Shown here piece after piece: positions 54,298 to 64,000 of a stretch of 64,000 bases of DNA (its first letter is position 1; the number at the start of each line of letters is the position of its first letter). A program made the translations under genes and the position numbers. The stretch covers positions 1,184,001-1,248,000 of the forward strand of contig CAWBZV010000003.1 in the NCBI GenBank assembly GCA_963793305.1, given 5' to 3'. Origin of the DNA: an uncultured Gemmatimonadales bacterium. Lineage in GTDB: Bacteria; Gemmatimonadota; Gemmatimonadetes; Gemmatimonadales; Gemmatimonadaceae. Below the pieces are notes generated by a model that saw only the letters and a list, made by a program, of their open reading frames with translations, was not told the DNA's origin and searched no databases.

Positions 54298-56485
54298 AGG
54301 TGATCGCGCGCCGGGCCATCATCGCCGCCGTGGCTGCGGTCGTGGCCTTCGCCGGCTGGGTAGCGCTGCCGGTCCCCAGGCGAATGTTATCGGCTCCAGC
54401 GGCGCCGAGTGTGACGCTGCGCGACCGGCATGGGATCGTGCTGCGCACCACGCGAGCGTCCGACGGCACCCGTCAGCGCTGGGTCTCACTCGCAGATATG
54501 GACCCGCAGGTCGTGCAGGCATTTCTCGCAGTCGAGGATCGCCGGTTCTTCGAGCACCACGGGGTCGACCTCCGGGCGATGGCGCGTGCATTCGCGTCTG
54601 ATGCCCGCTCCGGCCGGGTCGTGTCCGGCGCCTCGACGATCACGATGCAACTCGCGCGCGAGCTGACGGGCGCCGGTCGGTCGTGGCCCGGCAAGCTGGC
54701 GCAGATCGCCTGGGCATTGCGTCTCGACGCGCATTCTCACGAAGCAAGAGATCCTCGAGCAATACCTGAACCGCGTCGACCTCGGCCAAGCCGCCGTCGG
54801 CGTGCCGGCTGCCGCCGCATTGTATTTTGGCACGACCGCCGGCTCGGTCGGCTTGGCCCATGCCGCGCTCCTCGCGGGGATGGCCCACTCGCCCTCGCGC
54901 GAAAATCCATTCACGGCTCCCGCGCGCGCTCGCGCGAGACGTGCGTACGCACTGACGCGCATGCGCGTACTGGGCTACGCCACGGCCGCCGACGTGATGC
55001 GCGCGCGCCGTGAACCGTTGGTATCGCCCGACCCATCCAACGCGTTCTTGGCGCCGCATTTTGTGGCACACGTGCTCAGTACGAATACCCGGGGGGACGT
55101 TCACGACGTCGCTCGATCTGGGTCTACAGGAAGAGATCGAGGGCGAAGTCCGAGCGACCGTCGATGCGCTGCACGATCGCGGCGTGCGACAAGCGGCCGT
55201 CGTCGTGCTCTCGAATCGAACCGGCGAGGTCCTTGCTTGGGTCGGGTCGCCGGATTTCTGGGCCGATAGCGCCGGCCAGACGGACATGGTGATATCGCTG
55301 CGGCAGCCCGGGTCGTCGCTCAAGCCATTCCTGTATGGGCTCGCGTTCGACGCCGGGTACACGCCGGCAACGTTGCTGTCGGACGTTGCGCGCACGTATC
55401 AGACCGCCGTCGGCAGCTACCATCCGCGCAACTATGACCGACGGTATCATGGACTCGTGCGGGCGCGCGAGGCGCTGGCGAGCTCGTACAACGTGCCCGC
55501 GGTCGGGCTCGCCGACACACTCGGCGTCGATCGGTTCTTGCGCACACTGCATCTCGCGGGCTTTGCCTCGCTCGAGCACAGCAGCGAGTACTACGGACTC
55601 GGGCTCGCGCTCGGCGATGGTGACGTATCGCTGCTGGAGCTAGCGAACGCCTATCGCTCACTCGCCAACGGCGGCCTCTGGCGGCCCGCGCGCTGGGACA
55701 TGGAGTCCCGCACAGCTCGTGCGGACGCTCGCCGTGTGCTCTCGGCCCGATCGGCGGCCTTCGTGCTGGATATTCTCGCGGACCCCGACGCGCGGACGCC
55801 GGCGTTCGGCACGATCACGCCGTTCGACTTTCCGTTCCCGGTCGCCGTAAAGACCGGGACCAGCCGACACTTCACCGACAACTGGGCCGTCGGGACGACC
55901 CGCGAGTTCACCGTCGCGGTCTGGGCTGGGAATTTCACCGGGCAGCCTATGGCTGGAGTGAGTGGCGTCACGGGCGCAGGCCCGCTCCTGCATCGCTCGG
56001 TCATGCTCACCGCGCGACGGTATCAGCCCGGACTGTTAGCGACACCCGCATTGGTCGGCGCCGAACCCGTGCGCATCTGTCGGCTGTCCGGCATGCTTGC
56101 GGGGCCGCAATGTCCGTACGTCACCGAGTGGTTTGCTCCGGGCACTGCGCCTACCCAACTCTGCGACTGGCACGTCGGTGATTCGCGCGTCGCTGATTCG
56201 CACGTCGCTGATTCGCACGTCGCTGGTCCGTCGACGGTACCGCACGCTCGGGTCGCGTTGCACCTCGTCTCGCCGCGCGATGGCGATGCGTACGCGATTC
56301 CGCCCGGTGTCGACGCGCGCTACGCGACATTAGCGCTACGCGCCGAAGGCGCGGCGCCAATGTCGTGGACGGTCGATGGCCAGCCGGTGGCGACGCCGCG
56401 ATGGCCGCTCGTGCCCGGTTCGCACACGATTACCGTCACGAATAGCACAGGCGAGATTGTTACCGCTCACATCGAGGTGCAGTGA
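54294..56485 (+). CDS. pbpC: Penicillin-binding protein 1C (frameshifts near 54735 and 55090)
   Basis: Transglycosylase EDRRFFEHHGVD, GASTITMQL; transpeptidase QPGSSLKPF, SYN, KTGTS; ATGA-coupled to A2M. Confidence 0.9.
56171..56230 (+). repeat. Four 15-bp tandem repeats inside pbpC
   Basis: Units resemble cacgtcgctgattcg and encode HVGDS-RVADS-HVADS-HVAGP. Confidence 0.85.
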
Positions 56486-56498
56486 CATATTGGCGCGC

Positions 56499-57893
56499 AT
56501 GACAATGCGAAAGAAAAAGGCGTCAGCAAAGAAGGCGCCGGCAAAAAGGGCGTCAGCGAAGAAGCCGGCGAAGCGCGCGAAGAAGGCCGCCCCGACCACG
56601 GCCCCGGCAAAGGGGAACACGCAACCACTCCCCACAAACGGCCCTCAATTCGCGCAGCCGATCGTGACACCGGATCCCACGGCATTCACGGTGCAACACG
56701 GATCCGACACGGCCGCCTACAAGATCCTCGACAGCCAAAAGGGCAAGATCTTACCTCGACCATTCCCGGTCGCAAGAGAAGCAGAGCCCACAGTGACACT
56801 CGCCGATGCGATCGGTACGCAGGGCGCCTCAGTCACGGCCGCCATTCAGCGCGCAGGCCAGATCGTATTCCACGTCGTCGGCGACACAGGCAACACGAAA
56901 GGTCCGAAAGACATGGTGCTGGTCGCCGACAAGATGGTCAGCGACTACACGGATATCGACCCCAAGTCCGTGCCCTCGTTCTGCTATCACGTCGGCGACG
57001 TGGTCTACAGCTTCGGCGAAGGCCAGTACTACTATGATCAATACTATGATCCATTTCGGGACTACCCCGCGCCGATCTTCGCGATTCCCGGCAACCACGA
57101 CGGGATGGTGGCGCCGAACACAGAGTCGGTGACACTCGACGCATTTCTCGAGAACTTCTGCGCCGCCGGCGACCCACCACATCGCACGCCAGAAGCCGGC
57201 GAGCTCGTGCGCACGGCGCAGGTGCAGCCCGCCGTATACTTCACGCTCGAAGCGCCGTTCGTCCGCATCCTCGGCGTGTACAGCAACTGCCTCGAAGACC
57301 CGGGCATCATCTCGACGCAGAAGGGCACATATCCCGGCCTCACCGACGTGCAGCTCACATTCCTCGCGACGGGCCTCAAGCGCGTCGTCGACGAAGGCTT
57401 CGAGGGCGCGGTCCTGATCGCCGTGCACCACCCGCCGTACGTTGCCGCGCTGACTGGTCGACGTCATGGCGGCAGTCCGGTCATGCTGAAAGAGATCGAT
57501 GCCGTGTGTGCCTCAACCGGCTTCTGGCCCCACGCCGTGCTCTCGGGCCACGCGCACAACTACCAGCGCTTCACGCGCGCCAAGGATGGACGAGAGACGC
57601 CATATCTCGTCGCCGGCAACGGCGGCCACGCCGTCTCGCGCCTGACGCACAAGGGCAGTCCGACGCTCAGAACACCCCTCGCACAGCCCGCGCTCTCCGA
57701 TGGCGATGACACGATCACGTTCGAGAACTACGACGATCAGGAATTCGGCTATCTGCGCGTGATCGTCGATCCGACGCAGCTCAGGATCGAGTACCACCCC
57801 CAGTCTGACGGGGAAACGTCAAAAACGCCGGACGACTTCGTGACGGTGGAGATCGCCACGCGCAAACTTGTGCACTACCAGGCCGTTTCGTGA
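56499..57893 (+). CDS. Calcineurin-like metallophosphoesterase with a Lys/Ala-rich N-terminal tail
   Basis: GDTG, GDVVY, PGNHD, HHPPY, SGHAHNYQR. Confidence 0.88.
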   Translation: MTMRKKKASAKKAPAKRASAKKPAKRAKKAAPTTAPAKGNTQPLPTNGPQFAQPIVTPDPTAFTVQHGSDTAAYKILDSQKGKILPRPFPVAREAEPTVTLADAIGTQGASVTAAIQRAGQIVFHVVGDTGNTKGPKDMVLVADKMVSDYTDIDPKSVPSFCYHVGDVVYSFGEGQYYYDQYYDPFRDYPAPIFAIPGNHDGMVAPNTESVTLDAFLENFCAAGDPPHRTPEAGELVRTAQVQPAVYFTLEAPFVRILGVYSNCLEDPGIISTQKGTYPGLTDVQLTFLATGLKRVVDEGFEGAVLIAVHHPPYVAALTGRRHGGSPVMLKEIDAVCASTGFWPHAVLSGHAHNYQRFTRAKDGRETPYLVAGNGGHAVSRLTHKGSPTLRTPLAQPALSDGDDTITFENYDDQEFGYLRVIVDPTQLRIEYHPQSDGETSKTPDDFVTVEIATRKLVHYQAVS

Positions 57894-57918
57894 CACTCGT
57901 GACAAACGACGCCTGACT

Positions 57919-57936
57919 TTGTAATGTGGCTGTAAG
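57919..57936 (+). promoter_or_regulatory. Pho-box-like 11-bp direct repeat (TTGTAAT-GTGG-CTGTAAG)
   Basis: TGTAA at 57920 and 57931, upstream of the TonB receptor. Confidence 0.45.
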
Positions 57937-58103
57937 GTTGGGTTAGTGCTTGGAGTGAAACGACTCACAGGCACGGGCACCCCAACACTGAAGCTCATCG
58001 CTGTGACATTCCTGTGTCCCGCCGGTGACGATCGCCCTGACCTGACAGAACTAGGCTGACGGCGTTCTCGTGTAGCCATCTTTCCCCTCCAGTCAGGTCG
58101 GGT

Positions 58104-61087
58104 ATGAGACTAGCGTTTGTCCGAGGCAGCATCGCGCTGGCCGCGGTGCTCGCCGCGTCGCGCATAAGCGCGCAGACTGGCACCGGTGCCATTGCGGGCA
58201 CCGTCAACGATGCCAACCGTCGCCCTCTCTCCGGGGCTATCGTCCAAGTCATCACTCCCCGCCTCGGCGCCTACGCGGGCGACGACGGCAGATATCGTAT
58301 CGAACGCGTGCCCGCGGGCGCGGTGCGAGTCGTGGCGCGTATCCCGGGCTATCGCTCGGATACCGCGGCGGTGACGGTCACGGCTGACCAGGCCGTCACG
58401 CATGACTTCGTGCTCAGGCCCACGAGCGTGCAGCTGCAGACGGTGAACATCAATTCGCCCCGGATGAACGAGACGAAGCAGGCCGCGCTGCAGGAGCAGA
58501 AAAACTCCGAGCAAATCGTGAGCGTGCTGTCGGGCGACGAGATCCGCTCGCTCCCGAACGCGAACGCCGCCGAAGCCGCGGCGCGCATGCCCGGTGTCAC
58601 CGCCGAGCGCGACGAGGGCGAAGGCAAGTTCGTCGAAGTCCGCGGCACGCCGCCGACGTTCACGAACGTCGAGATCGATGGCGTCCACGTTCCGGGTACG
58701 CTGAATGGCGATCGGTCGGTCAAGCTCGACGACGTGCCGTCGGACCTCCTCGGCGCGATCGAGGTCAGCAAGACACTGACGGCTGACATGGACGCGAACG
58801 CGATCGGTGGAACGGTCAATCTCGTCAGCAAGATCCCCGAGGGCGCGCCCCGCGGATACATCTCTGGCCAGTACGGCTTTCAGACGCTCGAGAACAACTC
58901 GAATGGCCAAGGCAACGCGACCTACGGCGGCCGTTTCGGTGACCACCAGCAATTTGGATTTTTGCTCGGTGGCTCGTATGACCGGACGAACCGGGTGCTG
59001 CAGGACGTTCGAGCCGACGTACGGGGCTGACTACGTGCAGGGAAACACCGTCACGCCAATCCCCAATGGCCCGGGGTTCAACCACTACTACCCGAGTGGT
59101 TGGAGCGAGCGCGAATACGACTATTACCGCACGCGGTACGGGCTCGACGGGGACCTTGATTATCGGTTCTCGCCGACGTCGTCAGTGTACCTGAAAGGCC
59201 TGTGGAGCGCGTTCTTCGACCAGGCCAATGTCTGGCACACCGAAGTGAACGGGGGCACCGACACGCGACTCGCGGATGGCACGTTCGCGGTGGAAGGCTC
59301 CAACATCACGCCGAACTCGTCGAACCGCGGACCGATCGAGCATACGTGGGGAAGTATTTTTGGAGGCAAACACTTGCTCGGGCCCGTTCACCTCGATTGG
59401 AACGGAAGCTACTCTGGTTCATCGGCAACGTCCCACAACAGCTTCGGCGATAACTACGGGGCCAGCCCGACCAGTGTCGTGTCGAACTTCGCCTACACCT
59501 ACGGCTCCAACAGCCGGCTCGTGCCACGCTGGTTCCCGACCGACCCGTCGGTCCTTACAGCGATACAGAACGGAGCCAACTTCCCGCTCCAACAGGTTGG
59601 CCAGGGGAGTGAAGGCATTGACGGACAAAACGTGGGCGGCGGCTTGAACGCGCTCATTCCGTACTCCATCGGAAACTTGCCGGCGAGCTTCAAGATCGGC
59701 GTGAAATACTACAACGAGCACAAGAGCGACAATCCGGACAACTGGAACTACGACAATAGTGTCAACAACTTGGGCAATTTGGGTCAATACGAGAGCAACT
59801 ATACCGTCAACGGCTACTACAATCATATCTGCGGCGGATGCTATCCGTACGCGCCATTCGGTAGCATTCCGGCGGTGCAGAACGCCCTGGGCACCCCCGC
59901 CTTCACGTCGCAGGCGGTGCATGCCCAGCAGACGTTCAACAACTTGCAGGGCACGTGGTCCGGAACGGAGCAAATCTCGGCCGTATACGCGATGCAAACG
60001 CTCGACGTTCGATCTGGTGCATATCAACATCGGGCTCCGCGCCGAGCAAACCCATCTCGGCTATGAGGCGTTCAGTCAGGATTCCTTGGGCGATACGACG
60101 GTCGCCAGTCTGCAGCATGTGCACAAGCAGCACACGTACAACGATCTCTTCCCGAGCGCCCTGCTCCGCTTCGCGGTCGATGAGAATACCAACATTCGTG
60201 CCTCGATCGGCTTTGCGATCGCGCGGCCGGACTACGGGACACTGATTCCGACCTTCAATTTCCCCGTCACTGCCACGCCGAACTCCATCAACAACGGGCT
60301 TACGGCCGCGAACCCCTTGCTCAAGCCGGAACGCTCGGTCAACTACGACCTCCTCGCCGAGCACTACTTCCCGTCGATTGGAGTGCTCTCGGGTGGTCTC
60401 TTCTACAAGCAGATCTCGGACTTCATCTTCAATCGCGTCGAGCCGTACAACGGGCAATTCATTTACGAGCCCCGGTTCCTGCCGACGCCTGGCAGCGTGT
60501 ACTACATCCAGCAGCCGCAGAATGGCCCGTCTGCCTGGGAGTATGGATTCGAGGCGGACTACACACAGCACCTCGCCTTCCTGCCTGGCGCCCTGCGCGG
60601 CATTGGGTTCGACATAAACTGGACATGGGTCGAGTCGCGGGCAGTGGTGCCGCAAGACACGACGGTCAATTACACGGATCAGAATGGCAACACGGTCTAC
60701 CCGTACCGCGGCCATCCCTTCCGCCACGCAATGATTCCGCGCCAGTTCCCGAACCTGTTCAACACCTCGCTACTGTACGATTACGGCCCGGTCTCGGCCC
60801 GCCTGAGCGGTCAGTACACGGCCGCCAGCATTTACGGCTACGGCCAGGACGGATCCAGCAACCCGAATTCCGGCGACAACTGGAACTATCCCCACTGGCA
60901 GGTCGATGGCTCGATCATCTGGACTATCTGGGGATCGACGGCGTTCCAGTTCCAGGTGCTGAATTTGAACAACGAGACGTTCGGCTTCTTCAACGGCAAC
61001 GGTCCGCCGGGAAGCGGTCACGGATACAACACGCAGCGCGAGTTTTACGGACAGACGTTCTGGTTCGGCCTCCGTCAGGGACTCTGA
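58104..61087 (+). CDS. TonB-dependent receptor (frameshifts near 59005 and 60010)
   Basis: Signal peptide, carboxypeptidase-regulatory-like domain, plug LPNANAAEAAARMPGV...ERDEGEGKFVEVRG, NPLLKPE, C-terminal NLNNE...FGLRQGL. Confidence 0.88.
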
Positions 61088-63900
61088 CCGAGGTGATCCC
61101 AGTTCGCCATCGCATTCAACACGATGGCGAACGTGCCCTGGGATTCCCACCGCCATAGCGGCCGGATCCCGAAGAGAACCAGGTGGCCCTTGCCGACCGG
61201 CGCGTCGACAAGGGCCGCTTTGCCAATGAGCTCCGGCCCGCCCGCCATGAGACCCGACAGCAGGAGCGAGTCGGGCTTCGGATAGTAGCGCAGAATCACC
61301 TTCGCCCGCTGCGCCTCGGCCTGTTTCAGCACCGCGGAATCAACGTCGGCCGTCACGTCGAGCGTGTCCCGCGGCACCACCGACAAGACGGGGTCGCCGC
61401 CGAAGTACACGGGGAACGCCGACACGTCGTCGTAGCCGTAGAGCAGTGGGCTCTGCTTCGCGACTTCCTGCACCCGCACAATCGAGCCCTGCGCACGAAG
61501 CTGGCGGCGCTCGACGACTTGCACCGTTCGCGAGAACCCGAGTGAGCTGACCAGCGCACTCGTCGAACCCTCTGTAATCAGCAACCCACCCCGCTCGACG
61601 AATTGCTCCAGCGCTGCCGCTCCAGCCAATCCCATCCCGGGCCGCACATCATCCGTGGCATCCCACACGCCGAGGTCAGGCGTCGCCGGCGTCTTTTTCC
61701 ACGGCACCGGTGGTCCGATCATTGGCCGGCCGTTCAGGATCGCCGTGAGCGGGCCGCCGACGTGCGGGAAGACGACGACATCGAACTTGTCGAGCGCACC
61801 AGGCTTTCTCAGGCTCTGATCGCTGATCGACGTATAGGGGATGCCCATTTGCTCGAAGGCAAATCGCACCCAACCCTCGTTTTGCGTCTCGATCCACGTG
61901 TGCATCAACGCGATGCGAGGCACACTGATTGGGTGTCGCCTCACGCTTGGACTCGCGGCGACGGCATTGAGCCCCAGCCCACTGATAGCGCTCGCCTTCG
62001 CTCCGTCTACTATGAAAGTGCCGGCGGGATATTGCTGATCGCCGACGCTGAACGCGGTGTCAGCGACCGCGACGCGCGCGCCAGAGACTTTCCAGGGCAA
62101 CGCCGCTGCGCGCCAATCCCCGGTATTGCGCACGACGAGCGTCGACCCATCGCCCGACACCGTGCCGGTAGCGACCGCATCGGCGTCGAGCGGCGTCATG
62201 CCCTGAGCCAGAACCGAAGAGTCGGCGACAGGCCGGACGACGACATGGCGGAGCAGGTCGAGCGTCCACCCGGTGTCGTCATACGGCGGCGGCTCGTTCG
62301 ACCCGAACTTTTGCGTTGCAAGGAGCGTCCGCACGGTTCCGGTGTACGGCTGATCCATGCGCACGATCCAGTCGCCTTTGTGTACCTGGATGACAGGCCG
62401 TGCCGGCGGAGTCGGCGCGGTGTCACCCGGCAACCGCGCTACGCCGCCGGAGTCGCGCGGCGCGAGGCTCGACCCGAGGTCGACCGGTCGCGGCGCTTCT
62501 TTGACCGAGAAGTCGCTCGACGCGATCTGGATTTCCGTGCCCTGCAACCGGAACAGATTGACCAGCGCCGCGGCCTCGCCCAAGTGCCGCTGATCGTGCG
62601 GGATCACGAACGCATAGGGCGCCGTCGTCTGACCTCGCCGGATGCTGCGATCGACCTTCGCGACGTAGTTCTCGAGGAACGTGTCTTTATGGTCCGCCAC
62701 GTAGCGGAGCGCAATCAAGACTCCGGATTCTTGATAATTAATATTTGTGCGAATGCACCACTTGATGCCGTTCACCGGCGGGTTCGAGCGGTCCCACCGC
62801 CGGTCGATTGCGTCGCTGCCCAAGTGCACCGGGTGGCAGTCCGCGCCGCGAGACGTGTACGTCTCGTAGAAGCGCCCGATCGAATTGTGGAGACTCGCGA
62901 CCGAAAGGATCGTGTAGTTCGGCGCCCAGCCATCGTAGAACCCATGCGTCCAGACGCCAGGCAGCCCGCGCCGCGTCAACTCGGTGATCTCCTGATAGGC
63001 CAGCGTATGCAGCTCGTCGACCAGGATCGGGTCGAACTCGTCGTTGTACGGTCCCGTGCCCGTCGACGTGTAGAGAAACGGCACGGACTCGTGCAAATCG
63101 TGCGCGATCGTCGGGTGCCACGCCAGAAAGGTCTTGACGACCGCCTGCGTCAATTTCTGCGACACCACCATCGCGTCGCGATTGTTGTCGTGCGCCGTGT
63201 ACTTGCCCCAGTAGATGAGCGGCACACCGTACGCGCCGATCTTCAGCGCCCGCGCCTCCGTGAAGGCATCGACTTCGCGATCTCTCCCGTCCGTCTCGAG
63301 GATGGGAGTGATCAGCGTGATCACCCCACGCCTGATCGCTTGCACATGCGGCGACTCGTCGACGGCCAGCCGGTACGCCAGCTCCATGAGCATCTCGGGA
63401 CTGCCAGTCTCGGGCGAGTGGATCGATCCGGTCAGCCAGTAGATCGGCTTCGCCTCATGGATCAGCTTCGCCCGCTCCTCGGCGCCCATGCCTCTCGTAT
63501 CCGACAGCCGGGCAATCTTCGCCCGATAGTCGTCGAGCGCCGCAATGGTCTGCTCGTCGCCAATCGCGACCGCCAACATCTCTCGGCCTTCGTCACTCAT
63601 GCCGGCCGTAAACACCTTCACTCTCGGCGAGGCCGCCGCCAATGCCCGAAAGTACTTGTTGACATCAGCGGTCTTCGACAGCCGCCCGATCGTTCCAGGG
63701 ACGTAGCCGAGCACCTTGAGTGGCGTGGGCACCGTCGACGAAGCAGGCATGTAGTCGACGAGCTCCGTCGAAAACTTCCACTTACTGTCCGTCGGCGTCA
63801 GGGCGATGATCGCCTTCGTGTAGGTGGAGTCGATGGGTTGTTGCGCGCACAGCACGTGGGCGGTCAAGGCCAGCCCGGAGACGAATAGGCGACGATGCAT
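61075..63900 (-). CDS. M14-family zinc carboxypeptidase-like protein
   Basis: HxxE (IHSPE), DGRD, DNNRD, HDLHE; C-terminal glutamine amidotransferase-like region. Confidence 0.85.
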   Translation of the reverse strand: MHRRLFVSGLALTAHVLCAQQPIDSTYTKAIIALTPTDSKWKFSTELVDYMPASSTVPTPLKVLGYVPGTIGRLSKTADVNKYFRALAAASPRVKVFTAGMSDEGREMLAVAIGDEQTIAALDDYRAKIARLSDTRGMGAEERAKLIHEAKPIYWLTGSIHSPETGSPEMLMELAYRLAVDESPHVQAIRRGVITLITPILETDGRDREVDAFTEARALKIGAYGVPLIYWGKYTAHDNNRDAMVVSQKLTQAVVKTFLAWHPTIAHDLHESVPFLYTSTGTGPYNDEFDPILVDELHTLAYQEITELTRRGLPGVWTHGFYDGWAPNYTILSVASLHNSIGRFYETYTSRGADCHPVHLGSDAIDRRWDRSNPPVNGIKWCIRTNINYQESGVLIALRYVADHKDTFLENYVAKVDRSIRRGQTTAPYAFVIPHDQRHLGEAAALVNLFRLQGTEIQIASSDFSVKEAPRPVDLGSSLAPRDSGGVARLPGDTAPTPPARPVIQVHKGDWIVRMDQPYTGTVRTLLATQKFGSNEPPPYDDTGWTLDLLRHVVVRPVADSSVLAQGMTPLDADAVATGTVSGDGSTLVVRNTGDWRAAALPWKVSGARVAVADTAFSVGDQQYPAGTFIVDGAKASAISGLGLNAVAASPSVRRHPISVPRIALMHTWIETQNEGWVRFAFEQMGIPYTSISDQSLRKPGALDKFDVVVFPHVGGPLTAILNGRPMIGPPVPWKKTPATPDLGVWDATDDVRPGMGLAGAAALEQFVERGGLLITEGSTSALVSSLGFSRTVQVVERRQLRAQGSIVRVQEVAKQSPLLYGYDDVSAFPVYFGGDPVLSVVPRDTLDVTADVDSAVLKQAEAQRAKVILRYYPKPDSLLLSGLMAGGPELIGKAALVDAPVGKGHLVLFGIRPLWRWESQGTFAIVLNAMANWDHLGQSP

Positions 63901-64000
63901 ACCCGACTATACGCCTTGCTAGTCGTGTTCGCTATCGGAGGCTGCGACAGCACCACGACGCGCACGATACGGGTGTTCGAGCGTCGCGGGCAGAACGCCG

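Noticed and set aside
61603..63888. Long antisense ORFs (e.g. 761 aa here, 26575..28212, 37808..39505)
   Set aside because: They are shadows of real genes in high-GC DNA: Arg-rich and without recognisable motifs.

Overview
This is a GC-rich, gene-dense bacterial chromosomal segment with about 55 CDS. Its gene style (many TonB-dependent receptors, ECF sigma factors, M14 peptidase, DUF4097, alpha-2-macroglobulin/PBP1C) suggests a diderm environmental bacterium such as Gemmatimonadota; this is inference only. About 20 genes are split by single-base frameshifts and one by an in-frame TGA, a pattern most consistent with uncorrected long-read assembly errors. I reconstructed these genes across frames. 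I saw no rRNA, tRNA, CRISPR array, integrase or transposase. Main modules: a DUF4331-TPR-HupE/UreJ operon divergent from a TonB receptor, with twin ECF-type promoters; a tandem Uma2 pair; an MCP-porin-small binding protein triad; a regulatory island (LytS/LytTR, PRC-barrel, two coupled genes each encoding two full LysR modules, divergent stand-alone EAL); a sigma54 two-component system apparently driving a TPR-Kelch-ECF-anti-sigma-DUF4097 operon; a small biosynthetic cluster (LLM monooxygenase, carrier protein, stand-alone adenylation enzyme, hexapeptide acyltransferase, carbamoyltransferase); MacAB-like efflux with an ECF triad; a serpin fusion; A2M-pbpC; and a TonB receptor with a Pho-box-like site. 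The best candidates for an undescribed system are the four-module LysR pair with its EAL target, the mini biosynthetic cluster, and the sigma54-to-ECF cascade.
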